Below are positions 45,779 through 57,687 of a stretch of DNA of 64,000 nucleotides, piece after piece (positions within the stretch are counted from its first letter, which is position 1; every line of letters starts with the position of its first letter). This DNA comes from Hamiltosporidium tvaerminnensis FI-OER-3-3. Lineage: Eukaryota > Fungi > Microsporidia. Made by a program: the position numbers and the translations under genes. The notes under the pieces were generated by a model that saw nothing but the letters and a program-made list of their open reading frames with translations, ran no database searches and was not told where the DNA came from. The stretch spans positions 715,688-779,687 of the forward strand of contig CM061254.1 of the NCBI GenBank assembly GCA_022605425.2. Direction: 5' to 3'.

Positions 45779-46666
45779 TAATTTGCTTATAAAATTATTT
45801 TGTTTCCGTTGTAAAATAAAATTAACTTCATCGTCTAAATCCATCTTTTCTATATTTTTTTCAGATCCAAAAATCATTGTTTTATATTCTTGTATTTTTT
45901 TACGGTCAAATAATAAATTATCAAAATTTAATAATTTTTTGTAAAATGGAATAAATTTTGTGGGTTTTTGAATACCAAGAACACTTCTATAAATAGATTT
46001 TCTTTTTTTAGAAGAAGTTCCTAGCATAGCTTTTGTAGCAGTTGAAAGTATTTGATATTTCGTTTTGTATAAATCTGATTCTGTCTCAAGCATATTTAAA
46101 GATGAATTATAAATATTATTTATGATAGTGAATTCAGAATGAAGCCTCTTCATTTTATCAATACAACTTATTTCACTTCTTCTTGTTCTTCTTCCTGTTT
46201 TGATAATTTGTTTTCTAAAACAGACATAAGGATTGAAAGAAGAATCATCATTAAATTTAAGCATAGCTGGTTGTAAATAATTAATGATAAAATCTTCTGA
46301 ACCAGAAGAATATCTCTTTATTAGTTCTGTATCTGGAATATTATTAATTTTACAAAATTCTATATCTTCATCATCTAAAATATATTCATTTGGTACATCT
46401 TCAGTATATTTGATATATTCTTTTCCTCTTTTAAATAAATTTTCTTCTTCTTTATTTTCTGTATATTCTATTAAAGGAATTGGTATTTTTTCTTTTTTAC
46501 CAGAAATTATTTCTTTTAAATGTATTTCTTTCTCTTCTTCTGCTTCCATTCCAGTTGAAATAGAAGGTGGAATATAATCTTGGATGTAATTTATATCGAT
46601 TTCTTTCTCATCATATACATAATATGCAGCTGAAGTTTCAAATTTTTTATTTCTTATTCTTTTCAT
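45761..46666 (-). CDS. EPL1: Enhancer of polycomb-like (NuA4 subunit Epl1/EPC)
   Basis: TGMEAEEEKEIHL, IPIP, EYILDDED and NPYVCFRK...RRTRR (EPcA region). Confidence 0.88.
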   Translation of the reverse strand: MKRIRNKKFETSAAYYVYDEKEIDINYIQDYIPPSISTGMEAEEEKEIHLKEIISGKKEKIPIPLIEYTENKEEENLFKRGKEYIKYTEDVPNEYILDDEDIEFCKINNIPDTELIKRYSSGSEDFIINYLQPAMLKFNDDSSFNPYVCFRKQIIKTGRRTRRSEISCIDKMKRLHSEFTIINNIYNSSLNMLETESDLYKTKYQILSTATKAMLGTSSKKRKSIYRSVLGIQKPTKFIPFYKKLLNFDNLLFDRKKIQEYKTMIFGSEKNIEKMDLDDEVNFILQRKQNNFISKLVNKFL

Positions 46667-46738
46667 GCAAAATATTTTTCTATTTTTTTTTATAAAAAAG
46701 GAGAATTTTATTTTTATTTTAAATAAAAAAAGGAAATA

Positions 46739-46963
46739 TTTTTATAATTTGTTAAAATAGAAAAAACTTAAAATTTAAAGTTTCATAATTGAAACAAATT
46801 TTTAAACAAAAGTTCTTCTTTATAATTTTTGTAATTTTTATAATTTTTATAATTTTTTTAATTTTTTTAATTCTTGTAATTCTTGTAATTTTTTTAATTT
46901 TTTTTGATAATTTTAAATAAAAGTTTTTCTTTGTAATTTTTCTATTTTAACAAATTATAAAAA
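46739..46963. repeat. Perfect 27-bp inverted repeat enclosing a 9-bp T-rich array
   Basis: TTTTTATAATTTGTTAAAATAGAAAAA (46739-46765) and its exact reverse complement (46937-46963). Confidence 0.85.
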
Positions 46964-47357
46964 AATTATAGAAAAATTCTAGAAATTCTTCTTTAAATTT
47001 AGTGGAAGCAAAGTAAAATATTTAAAAATAATAGAAGACTTAAAAAGTTTACAAGAAAGTTAAATTTATTTTTGGCAACAAAACATATTTTGTTAAAAAC
47101 ATAAAACTTTAAATAAATCTACTTTACTAAGTAAATAGGACAAAAGTAATAAAAGCAAATCAGGAAATCTATTAAAAACAAATTTAAAACCGTTTTCGTA
47201 ATTTCAAAAATAAATAACATATCAGATTACGAAATAAAAAGCTGACCAATAAAAATTGAGATAAAAAAATTGATTAGAATTACAAAAAGTCTATTCAAAG
47301 AAAAATGTGATCTGATTGGTTACAGGAACATATTTAAGAATACAATGATTGTATTTT

Positions 47358-48584
47358 ATGAAGGATAGCGGAAGTGAAAATAAAGAATCGATAAATGCAA
47401 GTTTAATATATTCTACAGTTTTAAGTTGTAGTGGTTCTTGGCTTTTTGGTTTAAATATGACATCTTTAGATTCCTTGTCTGAAGTATTTAAAAATGGATC
47501 AGAAAGTATTGAAGATGGATTGTTCAAATCACACGTAAAAGTTACAGATTCTGAATGGTCAATTATAGTTTCAATCATATGTATTGGAGCACTTGCATCT
47601 AATTTTTTGGTAAATTTAATTCCACTTTCAAGAAAAAATATATTAATTTTGAACAATATTTTATATTTGAGCGGTTTTTCGATGATATTTTGTGTTCAGA
47701 ATATTTTTTATCTGATTTTGGGTAGATTTTTAATTGGAATGGGAGCAGGTGTAGCTTGTGCAGTTGTACCGTTATATCTTGGAGAAATCTCCCCTGATAA
47801 AATACGTGGATTGATATCATCAGCACATCAGTTTTTTATAATATTTGGTGTACTAGGTGGACAAATACTATCGTTCCTGTTTTCTACAGTTCACACATGG
47901 AGAATCACTATTTCAATTTTAATTGCAATTTCTATTCTTTCTTTTATTTTTCTATTTTTTATACAAAATCCAGTGATGAAAAATTCTGCCGAAGAAAATG
48001 TCTCAATCGCACAATTATTTGCAGAAAAAAAAGCTAGAAAATCTTTATTTCTTTCAACAATAATTCATATGGGACAACAACTCACAGGAATAAACGGTGT
48101 TTTGTTTTTTTCAAATGAAATATTAGCCGCCACAGGAAAAGCAAGACTATACACCATCTCAATAGGTCTTGTCTCACTTGCTTCTACAACAGTATCAATG
48201 TTTACCGTAGATATGTTCGGCAGAAAAATAATGCTTCTTTTAAGCTGTTTGGTAGTATCAACAGGCCTATCAATACTAGGCTCAGGACATGTTCCAGTTA
48301 TATCGTTATTTATTTTCATATCTGGGTTTGCAATAGGATTAGGCCCTGTGGCTTGGTTCGTAACATCAGAAGTATATCCATCAGAATACAAAAGTGCAGG
48401 AAACGCTATCGCTGTATCTTCAAACTGGATGTCAAGTTTCTTTGTCGCACTAACCTTTCCATTTTTTTATACGTGGATCGGAAATTTCGTATTTTTTATC
48501 TACGCAACTATAATAATGACTTTATTTTTACTTTTATTGGTAATGTTCAAAGAAACCAAAGGAAAGAAAGCAGATTTTCAATAA
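47358..48584 (+). CDS. MFS sugar porter (hexose transporter)
   Basis: GRFLIGMG, VPLYLGEISP..IRG, QQLTGINGVLFFS, VDMFGRK, GLGPVAW...SEVYP and ETKGK. First ATG at 47358. Confidence 0.93.
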   Translation: MKDSGSENKESINASLIYSTVLSCSGSWLFGLNMTSLDSLSEVFKNGSESIEDGLFKSHVKVTDSEWSIIVSIICIGALASNFLVNLIPLSRKNILILNNILYLSGFSMIFCVQNIFYLILGRFLIGMGAGVACAVVPLYLGEISPDKIRGLISSAHQFFIIFGVLGGQILSFLFSTVHTWRITISILIAISILSFIFLFFIQNPVMKNSAEENVSIAQLFAEKKARKSLFLSTIIHMGQQLTGINGVLFFSNEILAATGKARLYTISIGLVSLASTTVSMFTVDMFGRKIMLLLSCLVVSTGLSILGSGHVPVISLFIFISGFAIGLGPVAWFVTSEVYPSEYKSAGNAIAVSSNWMSSFFVALTFPFFYTWIGNFVFFIYATIIMTLFLLLLVMFKETKGKKADFQ

Positions 48585-49399
48585 AAATTTATTATTAAAT
48601 CAAAGATTTATAGATTACAAATATTAAAAAAATTACTTTTTCAATAAAAAAACTATTAATGAATAAAAAAAGTCTCTTTTGTAAGTCTAATATTTATCTG
48701 ATATTTTAAATGCAACTAATGAGTAAGTTTTTACTATATTTGTATTATAAAAAGCAAGGCTTTATTTTCAATATAATTGATTATAAGACAATTTACTTTA
48801 TTTATATATTAATATCAATTATATAATCGAGTAATTCACGACGACTAAAGCCCTCAAAATTTTTAATTGGTTTGAAAACTGTAAGGCACCAATATTCTTG
48901 TTGCGAATAGAAATTATACTCTTATGGTTTGTTCATAAATCTTACCAACCTATAATTGTCTCCAGAAGTAGAACATGAAATAATTTAGAAAGTTTGATTA
49001 GTATAAAAAAATATACGTATAAATTATTGTTAAAAAATGTTTCTAGATCGCATTAAATGACAAGAATGACATAAAATCTAGACCTTTACTTTATAAATGT
49101 AAGATTAAATTTAAATTATTTCGTCCAAAATTCTTTTAAATAAATTTTACTAAAAAAAAGCAATTATGGAATAGAATTCACGATAAAAGGTTCTTTCTCG
49201 TAAATTTATTCTGATCCTCAAAATAATTGTTTGAATCTATTTTGTTTAGAATTATATAAATAAACTATTGTACACAATTAAATTAACAGATTTTTAAAGA
49301 TAATAACTACTAAGCTATATACATGTTTAATTAACAAATAGATCATGCCTCGGAAAAAAAATTGTTATTTCAGAAAACCAAAACACATACTATGAATAA

Positions 49400-49700
49400 T
49401 TTCTTACGAAAAATAAAACCGAATAGGATAAAAATAAAAAGCACACTTAACAGAATACTCAGAAAAACATGATACCAAGCTTCTGAAAATATAAAACAAA
49501 ACAAAATAGAAGAAGAAAAATAGGCTAATTATAATTACATCCGAAAGTTTATTAGAAAATGTTTAAGGAAACTAAAAAAGCAGATATGAAATACCTAAGG
49601 AAATATACAAACAAATAGATCAAACGAGAATAAGAAATTATAATAGAAATGGTTTGAAAATCATGGGACATATAATGAAATCCAAGAAGAGTAATTTATA
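49400..49700 (+). mobile_element. Possible relic of an APE-type LINE (RTE-like) RT C-terminus
   Basis: Scraps TSES, ADMKYLRK and LKIMGHIMK resemble the YGSE / EM..LR / L..FGHI.R motifs. Frameshifted. Confidence 0.4.
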
Positions 49701-51304
49701 TATTCGTTTTTATTTTTTCTTTTTATGTAAAATTTAATTCATTTCAACGAGCTTAACGGCTAGCTGATCAAAATAAGTATGAAAATCTGTTTTCTATAAT
49801 AATATATATTTTTGAAAACCAGAACAAATTAGTCGTGAATTTTATTGTACATATGAAAATATTTGTTGATTAATTGTGATTAAACACATTTAAAACAGAA
49901 AAATAAGTTTAAACGTTATAGAAATATTTATAGTAAAAAAAATTATAAACCAGAAATCATTTTTATATGAAGAAATCTATTCGATATATTTTCTAAATCT
50001 GTAAAAATTTAAGTCTAAAGTTCGAAATTTCATTTTACTGATTAAATGTGTATAAAATAAAAAAATTATTAGGAAATTAAAATTAACTATGTATAGTAAA
50101 TTAAAGATATGTTTAAATTTAAAAAAAAGGACAAAATTTTTTTCTTTAGGTTACGGTTACTTAGCCATATTTTAAATTCTAAAACATGTGGGTTTATAAT
50201 AAGATCAATAACAGCTCACATAAACATTAAATAAATAAAAATTAAAATTTTAAAAACCTTGTAGATTTGAAACATGAAGGCAAAGATTTACCGATTCTTC
50301 TATAGACAGACGATTTTAAATCATTTTTTTCTCTTAAATCACCGCTAAATTATGAAGGTAAAAATTGAGAATATCTTATAAGTAATAAAAATTGTTTCAG
50401 CAATAATATTTAATAAAATGTTTTGCTTAAAATCATCTCAAAAACTAAATTTAAATCTAAAAGCTTCTCAAAGAGGCTGAAAACAATCTTTACTATATTC
50501 AAAATATTAAAAAGTTATTCATACATAATTCTCCGTGTTCACAAATACGATTGGTTGAAATATCCTAGAAAAAATTAAAACCATTTCGAAATTTAAAGTT
50601 TAAAATATTCATTTCCATGTAAGCAGTATATATATATTTCTCAAATGATTATCTATAAGTGAAAAAGGAGACTACTCCTATATCTTAGAAAAATAAATTT
50701 TATTCATCATTTATAGAAACGTTTCTTCGCGAAAGAACAAATTTGGTAAATAAATACATTTATTTATAATCTAAACACATAAAATATTTTATATTACCAA
50801 ATATGCAAAACCGAAAATCAAGTTGATTTTGAATTTACCTACGTAATATTTTCCTAATTTTGATTAAACAATATCAAAAACTCACAATATTTTTTTATAA
50901 ATCTAAAATCATTTTTAAATATTCAGAGCATTAGCCTAAAAAAACCATACTTCATATTTACTTAAATAATTAAAAAATAGAAGTGAAATAGTAAGTAACT
51001 ATTTAAATAAAAAAATATGAATTGATTCGAATCGTTATTTATTTTAAATTAAGAGTTTAAAAATTAATTAAAAAAACAATAGTATTTTATTTTTAAATCC
51101 CCGAAGATTATATCTCTGATTATACATGAAATTAAAAATCAAAAATTTTATTGATTCAAATCATCTTTATAAACTAACAAAACATGTTTCTAATTTCTCA
51201 TAAAAATCTCATGCAACTTTTGTTCAAACAAATAAGAAGTTCTCACGATCATTGAAATAAACATTTTATTATAAATCCGATGAGGAGCAATCAAAAAAAG
51301 AATA

Positions 51305-51688
51305 TCATCCTTGAGGAGGCACTTCACCTTTCTTTGAACTCAATTGATGTTTCTTTTGTTCTTCTTTGAGCTGTTTTATAACTTCTTCGGGTAATTGATG
51401 CTCCGGTTTTTGTAGTTTTTTCGGTTTAATGATTTTTTCGGATTCTGATTCCTCTGTTTTGGGTTTAATAGACTTCTCGGATTCCGGTTCCTCTGTTTTG
51501 GGTTTTTCTCCTGTTTTATTTCCAATCCGCCTTTTTTCCTCGGTATTTGTTGTATTATTTTCTGTTTTTTTACTATCGTCTTCTTCATTTTTCTTTCGAA
51601 AAACAAAATATCCAATAATAGCAAGTGCAGCTATAGATGCAATCAGAGAAACAATCAAAATTATTCTTTTTGAATTTAGATTATTCAT
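51305..51688 (-). CDS. Small N-anchored membrane protein with charged 13-aa repeats
   Basis: CCCT before the ATG, TM segment IILIVSLIASIAALAIIGYFVF, and KPKTEE(P/S)ESEK(S/I)I twice. Confidence 0.8.
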   Translation of the reverse strand: MNNLNSKRIILIVSLIASIAALAIIGYFVFRKKNEEDDSKKTENNTTNTEEKRRIGNKTGEKPKTEEPESEKSIKPKTEESESEKIIKPKKLQKPEHQLPEEVIKQLKEEQKKHQLSSKKGEVPPQG

Positions 51689-53944
51689 AGGGTACAGAGG
51701 TTTTTACATTTATATAGATATTATCAGTTTATCTTGACAAAATCAACTTTAATTTAGATAACATTGATTTATTACCATAAAAGGTATATTATTTTGATAA
51801 AGAATTATGATAGGCCAAAAAATAATCGCGTTTTCTACTGATAAAGGCACACTTTATATTTTGCAATAACCAAGATACTTTAAAATGATTATTGTGATTT
51901 CTTAGACAATATATAAACATTTTGAAGAATAAAATTGTTTAAAATTTAAGAATTATTGCAGTATTACATTAAACAAAAACATAATAAAAGAGTCTAAAAA
52001 TTATAAGGCATCACATTTTCTTTATTTTTACAATTGGAAATAGTCAGTATTCAATGCCTTCAATATTTTTAGTAGGCTGAATATTTAGATTTATAAGTTT
52101 AACAAAGGAAATAGCAAAAAAATAGTCGAAATAAATATAAAATTTAAATTTGAGTTTTATTTTACATTTTTATTCAAATAATTTCACTTGAACTACTGCC
52201 TCATCGGCTTTCTACTTTCGGAGATCAATTTAGTTTTTTTTTTTAGATAAATTTCCTCTGAACATGAACAGTCTAAAAAATACTCCCGATATGGTATTCA
52301 GATAGACTCAATACTTCTTCTTCACGCCAGTTAGTTTTAAAAAGAATTGTGGAATTTAGGTGTCTATTTTAAATATATTGGCCCCCTTATTCAACTCTAT
52401 TTGTTTTTGGTTTTACAAAATCATTTTAAGATTAAAAAATAGTAATTTCTTTATGTTACTATCTATAGACTATATCCATAGTTCCTCGTGAGAATCAAAA
52501 CCTTTTAAGATATGTTTCGAACTGTTCTTTAGAAATTTCATTCTGGAGTTTCAAATATATAAACAACATATTTAAAATATATTTATATTAAGACTTTCTC
52601 ATTAAATAATATTAATTTCTTCCTATTTTTCTGGTTTTTAACAATTTAAAGACTTTTTCAAGCAATCGCTGATTCGAATGAGTGTAATTTAATTGTTATT
52701 TCACTAGAAAATATTCAAATCAAATCATTATTAAAATTTGTACTTCTGTTTTTATTTTGCTTTCAATTTATTTTCGCGTAAAAATTTAAAAGTTTTCATA
52801 ACAAAGCGAATTAGATTCGTTTAATTAACTTGATCAAATCTTAATTTGAAAATGGATATATATTTTAACTAACTCAATCATTTTTTATTTTTAAGTCTTG
52901 TAAATTTCTTTTTGCAAATTGGTAGATAAACCTCTTTTTTACATTATTAACTACAAAGCTGACGCTTTTCTTCTCCATAGCAGAATATATTTCATTACTT
53001 GGTTTAGAATATAACTAGTCATCAGGTAGGGTGGTTTTTCTAATATTAAGCTTGTGGGGAATAGAAAATGGGAATATCTAATTATTTCTAGCTTTGTGCG
53101 ATTTAAGATATAAATTTCAAAGAGAATTTAATCGTAACCACTCATTAATTAGGCTTCTTTTAACAATTTTTGCAAATTTATATTTATTTCTAATTTAAAG
53201 CAAATCATTTTTTTAAAATTAAGCTCATTTTATTTTTGGTCATTAGAATTGCGTCTATTATAAATAGTCTTTTGCTTTATCAGAAACTTCATGGCGTACA
53301 GAAGAAAACATTCACGTTTAAACTAAACAAGGTTTTGTCACCTTATAAGTAATATTTGATTAACACAAGCTTCCCATATGCTTCTATCAAATTTTAAATT
53401 GATTTTGCGTACTGCTACACGCACTGCATTAAATTAGAAAAATATCTTTTTACATATAGCAATTTACTTTGATGACGGATATTAGTTTCTCGCATTCAAT
53501 AAATTTCTAGTTTAATATAATGCTACTATTTTAAAATACTCTATAATCGAAAAGAGAAAATAAATGTTAGTAAGAATTTGTACTTAAAAATCGCAATTTT
53601 TCAAAACAGTAGTATATATTTTAAGGATAAAATTGTATCTTAAACGCATCAAAATAACATATTTATTAAAAATATTCTTGGATTTTATCATAGATTAAAA
53701 AGCAAATATACATTGAAAAAATAATGAATTTAAGCAATGAATAGGAAACGAAAAAAAATTCAGACCTTTAAGGCATACTTAAACCAAAAAAATAAACCTC
53801 TGAATCGATTTAAACGAGCACTCAGCAAACATAGGCAGAAAAATTAAAAATGATTTATGTTTTTAAATTTTACATTTAAATTTCAAAATTAAATACTAAA
53901 AACCACAATAAATTTATTCATAAAAGATATGTAAAGCCGAATAT

Positions 53945-56161
53945 CTATAAAATACATTCATAATTATTTATAATTAGACTCTTTAAACCGAAAAAAAAGT
54001 CCAGAAAAATATTTTTTTCAACGATTGTTGCGTCCTCTTCAAAAGCTATATTTAAATTAACCAAAGTTTCTTTTATAATTTCATTTTTTAAATTATAAAA
54101 TACTTTTAACAATCCGCTTTGCGTGTTTATCAATATCAAGGAACGTATTTTCAATGTAGAAATGTATCTGATATCAGATTCGGAAACATTAGAATTTTCA
54201 ATATGTATACATTCTATAATTCTATCCTGGGAAAGAGTACCGAAAATTAAATGTAGTTTCGAATATAATATAGATGAATGCAGGTGCAAACTCTTTAAAT
54301 TTGAAACTTTACTGAAAATTCCATATTCTTTAGAGAGAATAGAATAATCACAAATTCTAAAAACCTCAATGGTTTTAGAAGGCGGACTTGAATAGAGTTG
54401 TAATAGGGATTCTTTTGGAATTTTAAAATCCACAAGATCTAATATTTTCAGGTTGGGAAACTTCAATATCTTTGAAAATACAGTTTCATGTAACATTTTA
54501 GAAGAAACAAAAAGTTCCTCAACTGTGTTTGCAATATTTGATGCAAGTAATTTGATAAAATGTGGGAGTAAATGAAAGCCAATGTCTACATTTAAAACCT
54601 TTAACCCGCAGGATTCGTGTAAATTGCTAAAAAAACATCTACTAATAGATAAATTTACATTTTTGATACTTACATTCTTTAAATTTTTAAAAAATGAAAT
54701 TTCAGGTTTAGGATAATTATTAGAAACACCAAAGAAAGAATCCACGATTGAAATACATTCTAAAGAAGAAAATTTCCACAGTAATTTAAGGAAAGATATA
54801 TCAAATCTACATTCAAAAATGTAAAGTTTGTTGCATTTCGCAAAAATTGGATATTCAAAATCCAGGTTAAAACCATCACAACTTATTTCAGACATCTTCA
54901 ACTCAAGAATTTCCAGATTTGAATTAAAAATTAAGCATAAAGTCTCAGCAGATATCTTTGTGTTGACAATTTTATATTCCTTCAATCTCCCAAAACTATG
55001 ACTTATACTAATAAAACTATGTTCCTTGAATGTTTTATATGAAATATTTAAGCTTTCCAAATTTTGAAAATCGTTCAAAAATTTGTAATTTTCTTCCATA
55101 ACTTCAATATCATGCATCACGAGTTTTTTCAAATAATTTTTATAGATGCTTTCATTTAAAAGAGAAAAGAATCTTGTTGTAATACTACATCGAGCACATG
55201 AAGAATCGTATAGGCAGATATATAAATCATTTGCCAAGTAATAATTTGTAAGAGTAATAATTGTTATATTGTTTATAGTTAGCAAAAGATCAAATACACG
55301 TATACTATCTTTATTATTTAGATATCGAAGTAATGGTTTTAAAATGCTTATATCAATACTTAAATCAAATGATTGAAAGTAACTTATGTTCTGCCGACGC
55401 TGAGCGTAATTGTAGCTTGCGAACTTATTATTTTTTAGTGTAATTTCATTATTTTTAAACAGCATAGCAATTTCCAAGCTTTCAAAAAAATGTATTAAAA
55501 GGCGTATTAAAAATATATCATTAAAAGTTGTTCTGCAGATGCAACACAAGGCTTCGATTTTATGAGTCGTAAGTTGCCCAGATATTCCACGTTTTAGTAA
55601 ACAGAACACAATAATTGAATAATCACCTTCTTTTTTGGGAATAAGAAATGAAATAAATTGTAAAATATCTATAAACTGATAGAAGCTAATTCTTTTTTGA
55701 AGTTTTCTAATATGAAAACGTGTTACAGAATTTAAAAAAAGCAAAAATAATTTCATTGAAATTATTTCATCGAGATATATTGGGGATTGTATAAATATAT
55801 TATGTTTCAAATAGGAATCAAAAAACTCAAACCTAACTTTGAATGCGTCCTCGTAATTTATATATAATACAATTACTTTTTCTATATGTCTTGATGTTTC
55901 CGACTTAACAAGAATTTCCGTATTTTCCATATTAATACGTTCATATATACCATCCTTGTCGAAGTATGCATCAAAAACATTATATTCTATTCCATCCAAG
56001 AAAACAAGAAGATGCGCGTTTAGATTCAATTTAAAGGCTATAGGCAAATAATCTATACAAAAACTAAAGGAAAAATATAAGGAAGAAATCAAAAACATTC
56101 TATGCCTGAGAAAATAAGAATTGAAGACTTTCATATTTGCTATATTATGGAAGAAATACAT
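53945..56161 (-). CDS. Leucine-rich-repeat-like, probably secreted protein
   Basis: Repeated LxxLxL/I motifs (FQNLESLNIS, FPNLKILDL, NLKSLHL) and a hydrophobic N-terminal segment. True start uncertain. Confidence 0.75.
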   Translation of the reverse strand: MYFFHNIANMKVFNSYFLRHRMFLISSLYFSFSFCIDYLPIAFKLNLNAHLLVFLDGIEYNVFDAYFDKDGIYERINMENTEILVKSETSRHIEKVIVLYINYEDAFKVRFEFFDSYLKHNIFIQSPIYLDEIISMKLFLLFLNSVTRFHIRKLQKRISFYQFIDILQFISFLIPKKEGDYSIIVFCLLKRGISGQLTTHKIEALCCICRTTFNDIFLIRLLIHFFESLEIAMLFKNNEITLKNNKFASYNYAQRRQNISYFQSFDLSIDISILKPLLRYLNNKDSIRVFDLLLTINNITIITLTNYYLANDLYICLYDSSCARCSITTRFFSLLNESIYKNYLKKLVMHDIEVMEENYKFLNDFQNLESLNISYKTFKEHSFISISHSFGRLKEYKIVNTKISAETLCLIFNSNLEILELKMSEISCDGFNLDFEYPIFAKCNKLYIFECRFDISFLKLLWKFSSLECISIVDSFFGVSNNYPKPEISFFKNLKNVSIKNVNLSISRCFFSNLHESCGLKVLNVDIGFHLLPHFIKLLASNIANTVEELFVSSKMLHETVFSKILKFPNLKILDLVDFKIPKESLLQLYSSPPSKTIEVFRICDYSILSKEYGIFSKVSNLKSLHLHSSILYSKLHLIFGTLSQDRIIECIHIENSNVSESDIRYISTLKIRSLILINTQSGLLKVFYNLKNEIIKETLVNLNIAFEEDATIVEKNIFLDFFFGLKSLIINNYECIL

Positions 56162-56951
56162 GCCTAACCAATGATAGATTTCTTTAAATAAGAAATGATC
56201 CCTCCATTTCTTAAAGACTTCGAAAAAGAATTTCTTTAATTAAATTTATACATTTTTTTAAAAAAAAAACCGTAATAAATTTCATTTAATATATTCGTAT
56301 TTTTTCGTTTTAATTTGGTTTGAATATATCTAAAATGTTTTTTTAGAAGTAAAAATTCGTTTTATAAGATTGCAATATTTACAAAAATCTGTTTTTTATT
56401 TGCTAAAAAACTGTATATATTAATTAAACCTAGAATATGTAAAAAAAATTTGCTTTAGATGGTATTTATAGAATTAGATGCATTCAAACATACCAGGATA
56501 TAGAATTTAATTATTCTATTCATATAATACTTTTTACACCCGTAATTATTTATTATTCAAACATTGCAATATAATATATATAATCTATAAATTTTTTATA
56601 TCTTTCTATATGCACAGTACTATTATATTTTAAGTTTTCCATTACAATATAGGTATCATATTCCTAAATTGCAAAATAATTATAACCAATAAATATAATA
56701 TTATATTAATAAAAAATCATGTTTAAAATTAGAAACAAAGAAGCACATGTAATCGATTTAAAATTGTTAAAATTTAGTTTTTATTTTCGAAATGAAAATT
56801 TAAAATAATAAAATTAATATACAAACAGAGAAAATAACTCAACAAGAATTTTAACAATATCAAAACTAAGTGATTTAAAAAAATTAAAATGTAATTAAAT
56901 TTTTCATATTTTAGAATTAATACTTAGAATTTGTTCCTTTTGAGTTATAAT

Positions 56952-57687
56952 AGGTGGAGGGAGGATAACCACATAAAAAACTTTCTGCTTGGCAATGAGT
57001 GTGTGAAACTGGTGTGAGATCATTGTTTGGATTTTTGGTGGGAATACAACCACACTACATCTTCGGTTGTTCCATGGGAGTTGTTATGAGGAGGAGAGGT
57101 CTAATAAATGGTGAAACTTTTTCTACGAATTTATTTGTAGTTTTTTATGTAACCAGATTGCAGACCGCAGCTGAACATGTAGGTAATCGCCATGTAAAAG
57201 CATGGAAACCTAGCCTTGCTCACTCGGGTTAGAAGACTTAGCGCCTGGGAGATATAAAAATAAAACCCATTAAAAGCCGGGAGAGCTAAGTAGCAGGTTA
57301 TACCTGTTGGTATGACATTGCACTGTCTAGGTGGACCCCATGTAAATCTTTGAAATATATCTTAGTTAGAAGTTTATTGGGTTCAGAAAGTGTAGAGTAA
57401 GTGGGAATGCTGCATAGTCTTGGGGGAGCTCAGGGAGGGGGGCTTCGGCCTTCGATCACACTCCATGCAACGGATATTAACGAAAACCGGGCAACTGCCT
57501 CGCCTATTAATTAGGTTCTACACACCTGATAGATGAAAGGCTTTGGGACGTAGGTATCGCAGGGGTTACCGATGGAGTGTTGGGGTAGCAGTTATTTATG
57601 TTAAACCTAGAACTGCGTTAATGTCATGAAAACAAATATAACACTTGCCACTATTGTAAAAAGATGTGATATTTTTAAATAAAGATA
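56952..57687 (+). mobile_element. Family A element, young full-length copy with 12-bp TSD (reference copy, inferred sense strand)
   Basis: Reverse complement of 16053-16781. TTGAGTTATAAT at 56940-56951 and 57688-57699. Confidence 0.93.

Noticed and set aside
8256-48598. Many short ORFs antisense to or overlapping the real genes (e.g. 9576-9923, 14554-14895, 43951-44372, 47291-47656)
   Set aside because: Shadow ORFs of the confirmed coding sequences, without independent motifs.
56999-57232. 77-aa ORF MCETGVRSLFG... repeated at 16503-16736
   Set aside because: It starts at GTG, lies inside family A, is shared only because the copies are young, is frameshifted in copy 2, and has no recognisable domain.
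57480-57550. Hammerhead/HDV-like words (CTGATAGA..GAAA; GGGCAAC..GGGAC)
   Set aside because: The core consensus is not met, the required partner strands are missing, and the hammerhead-like word is not conserved in copy 3.
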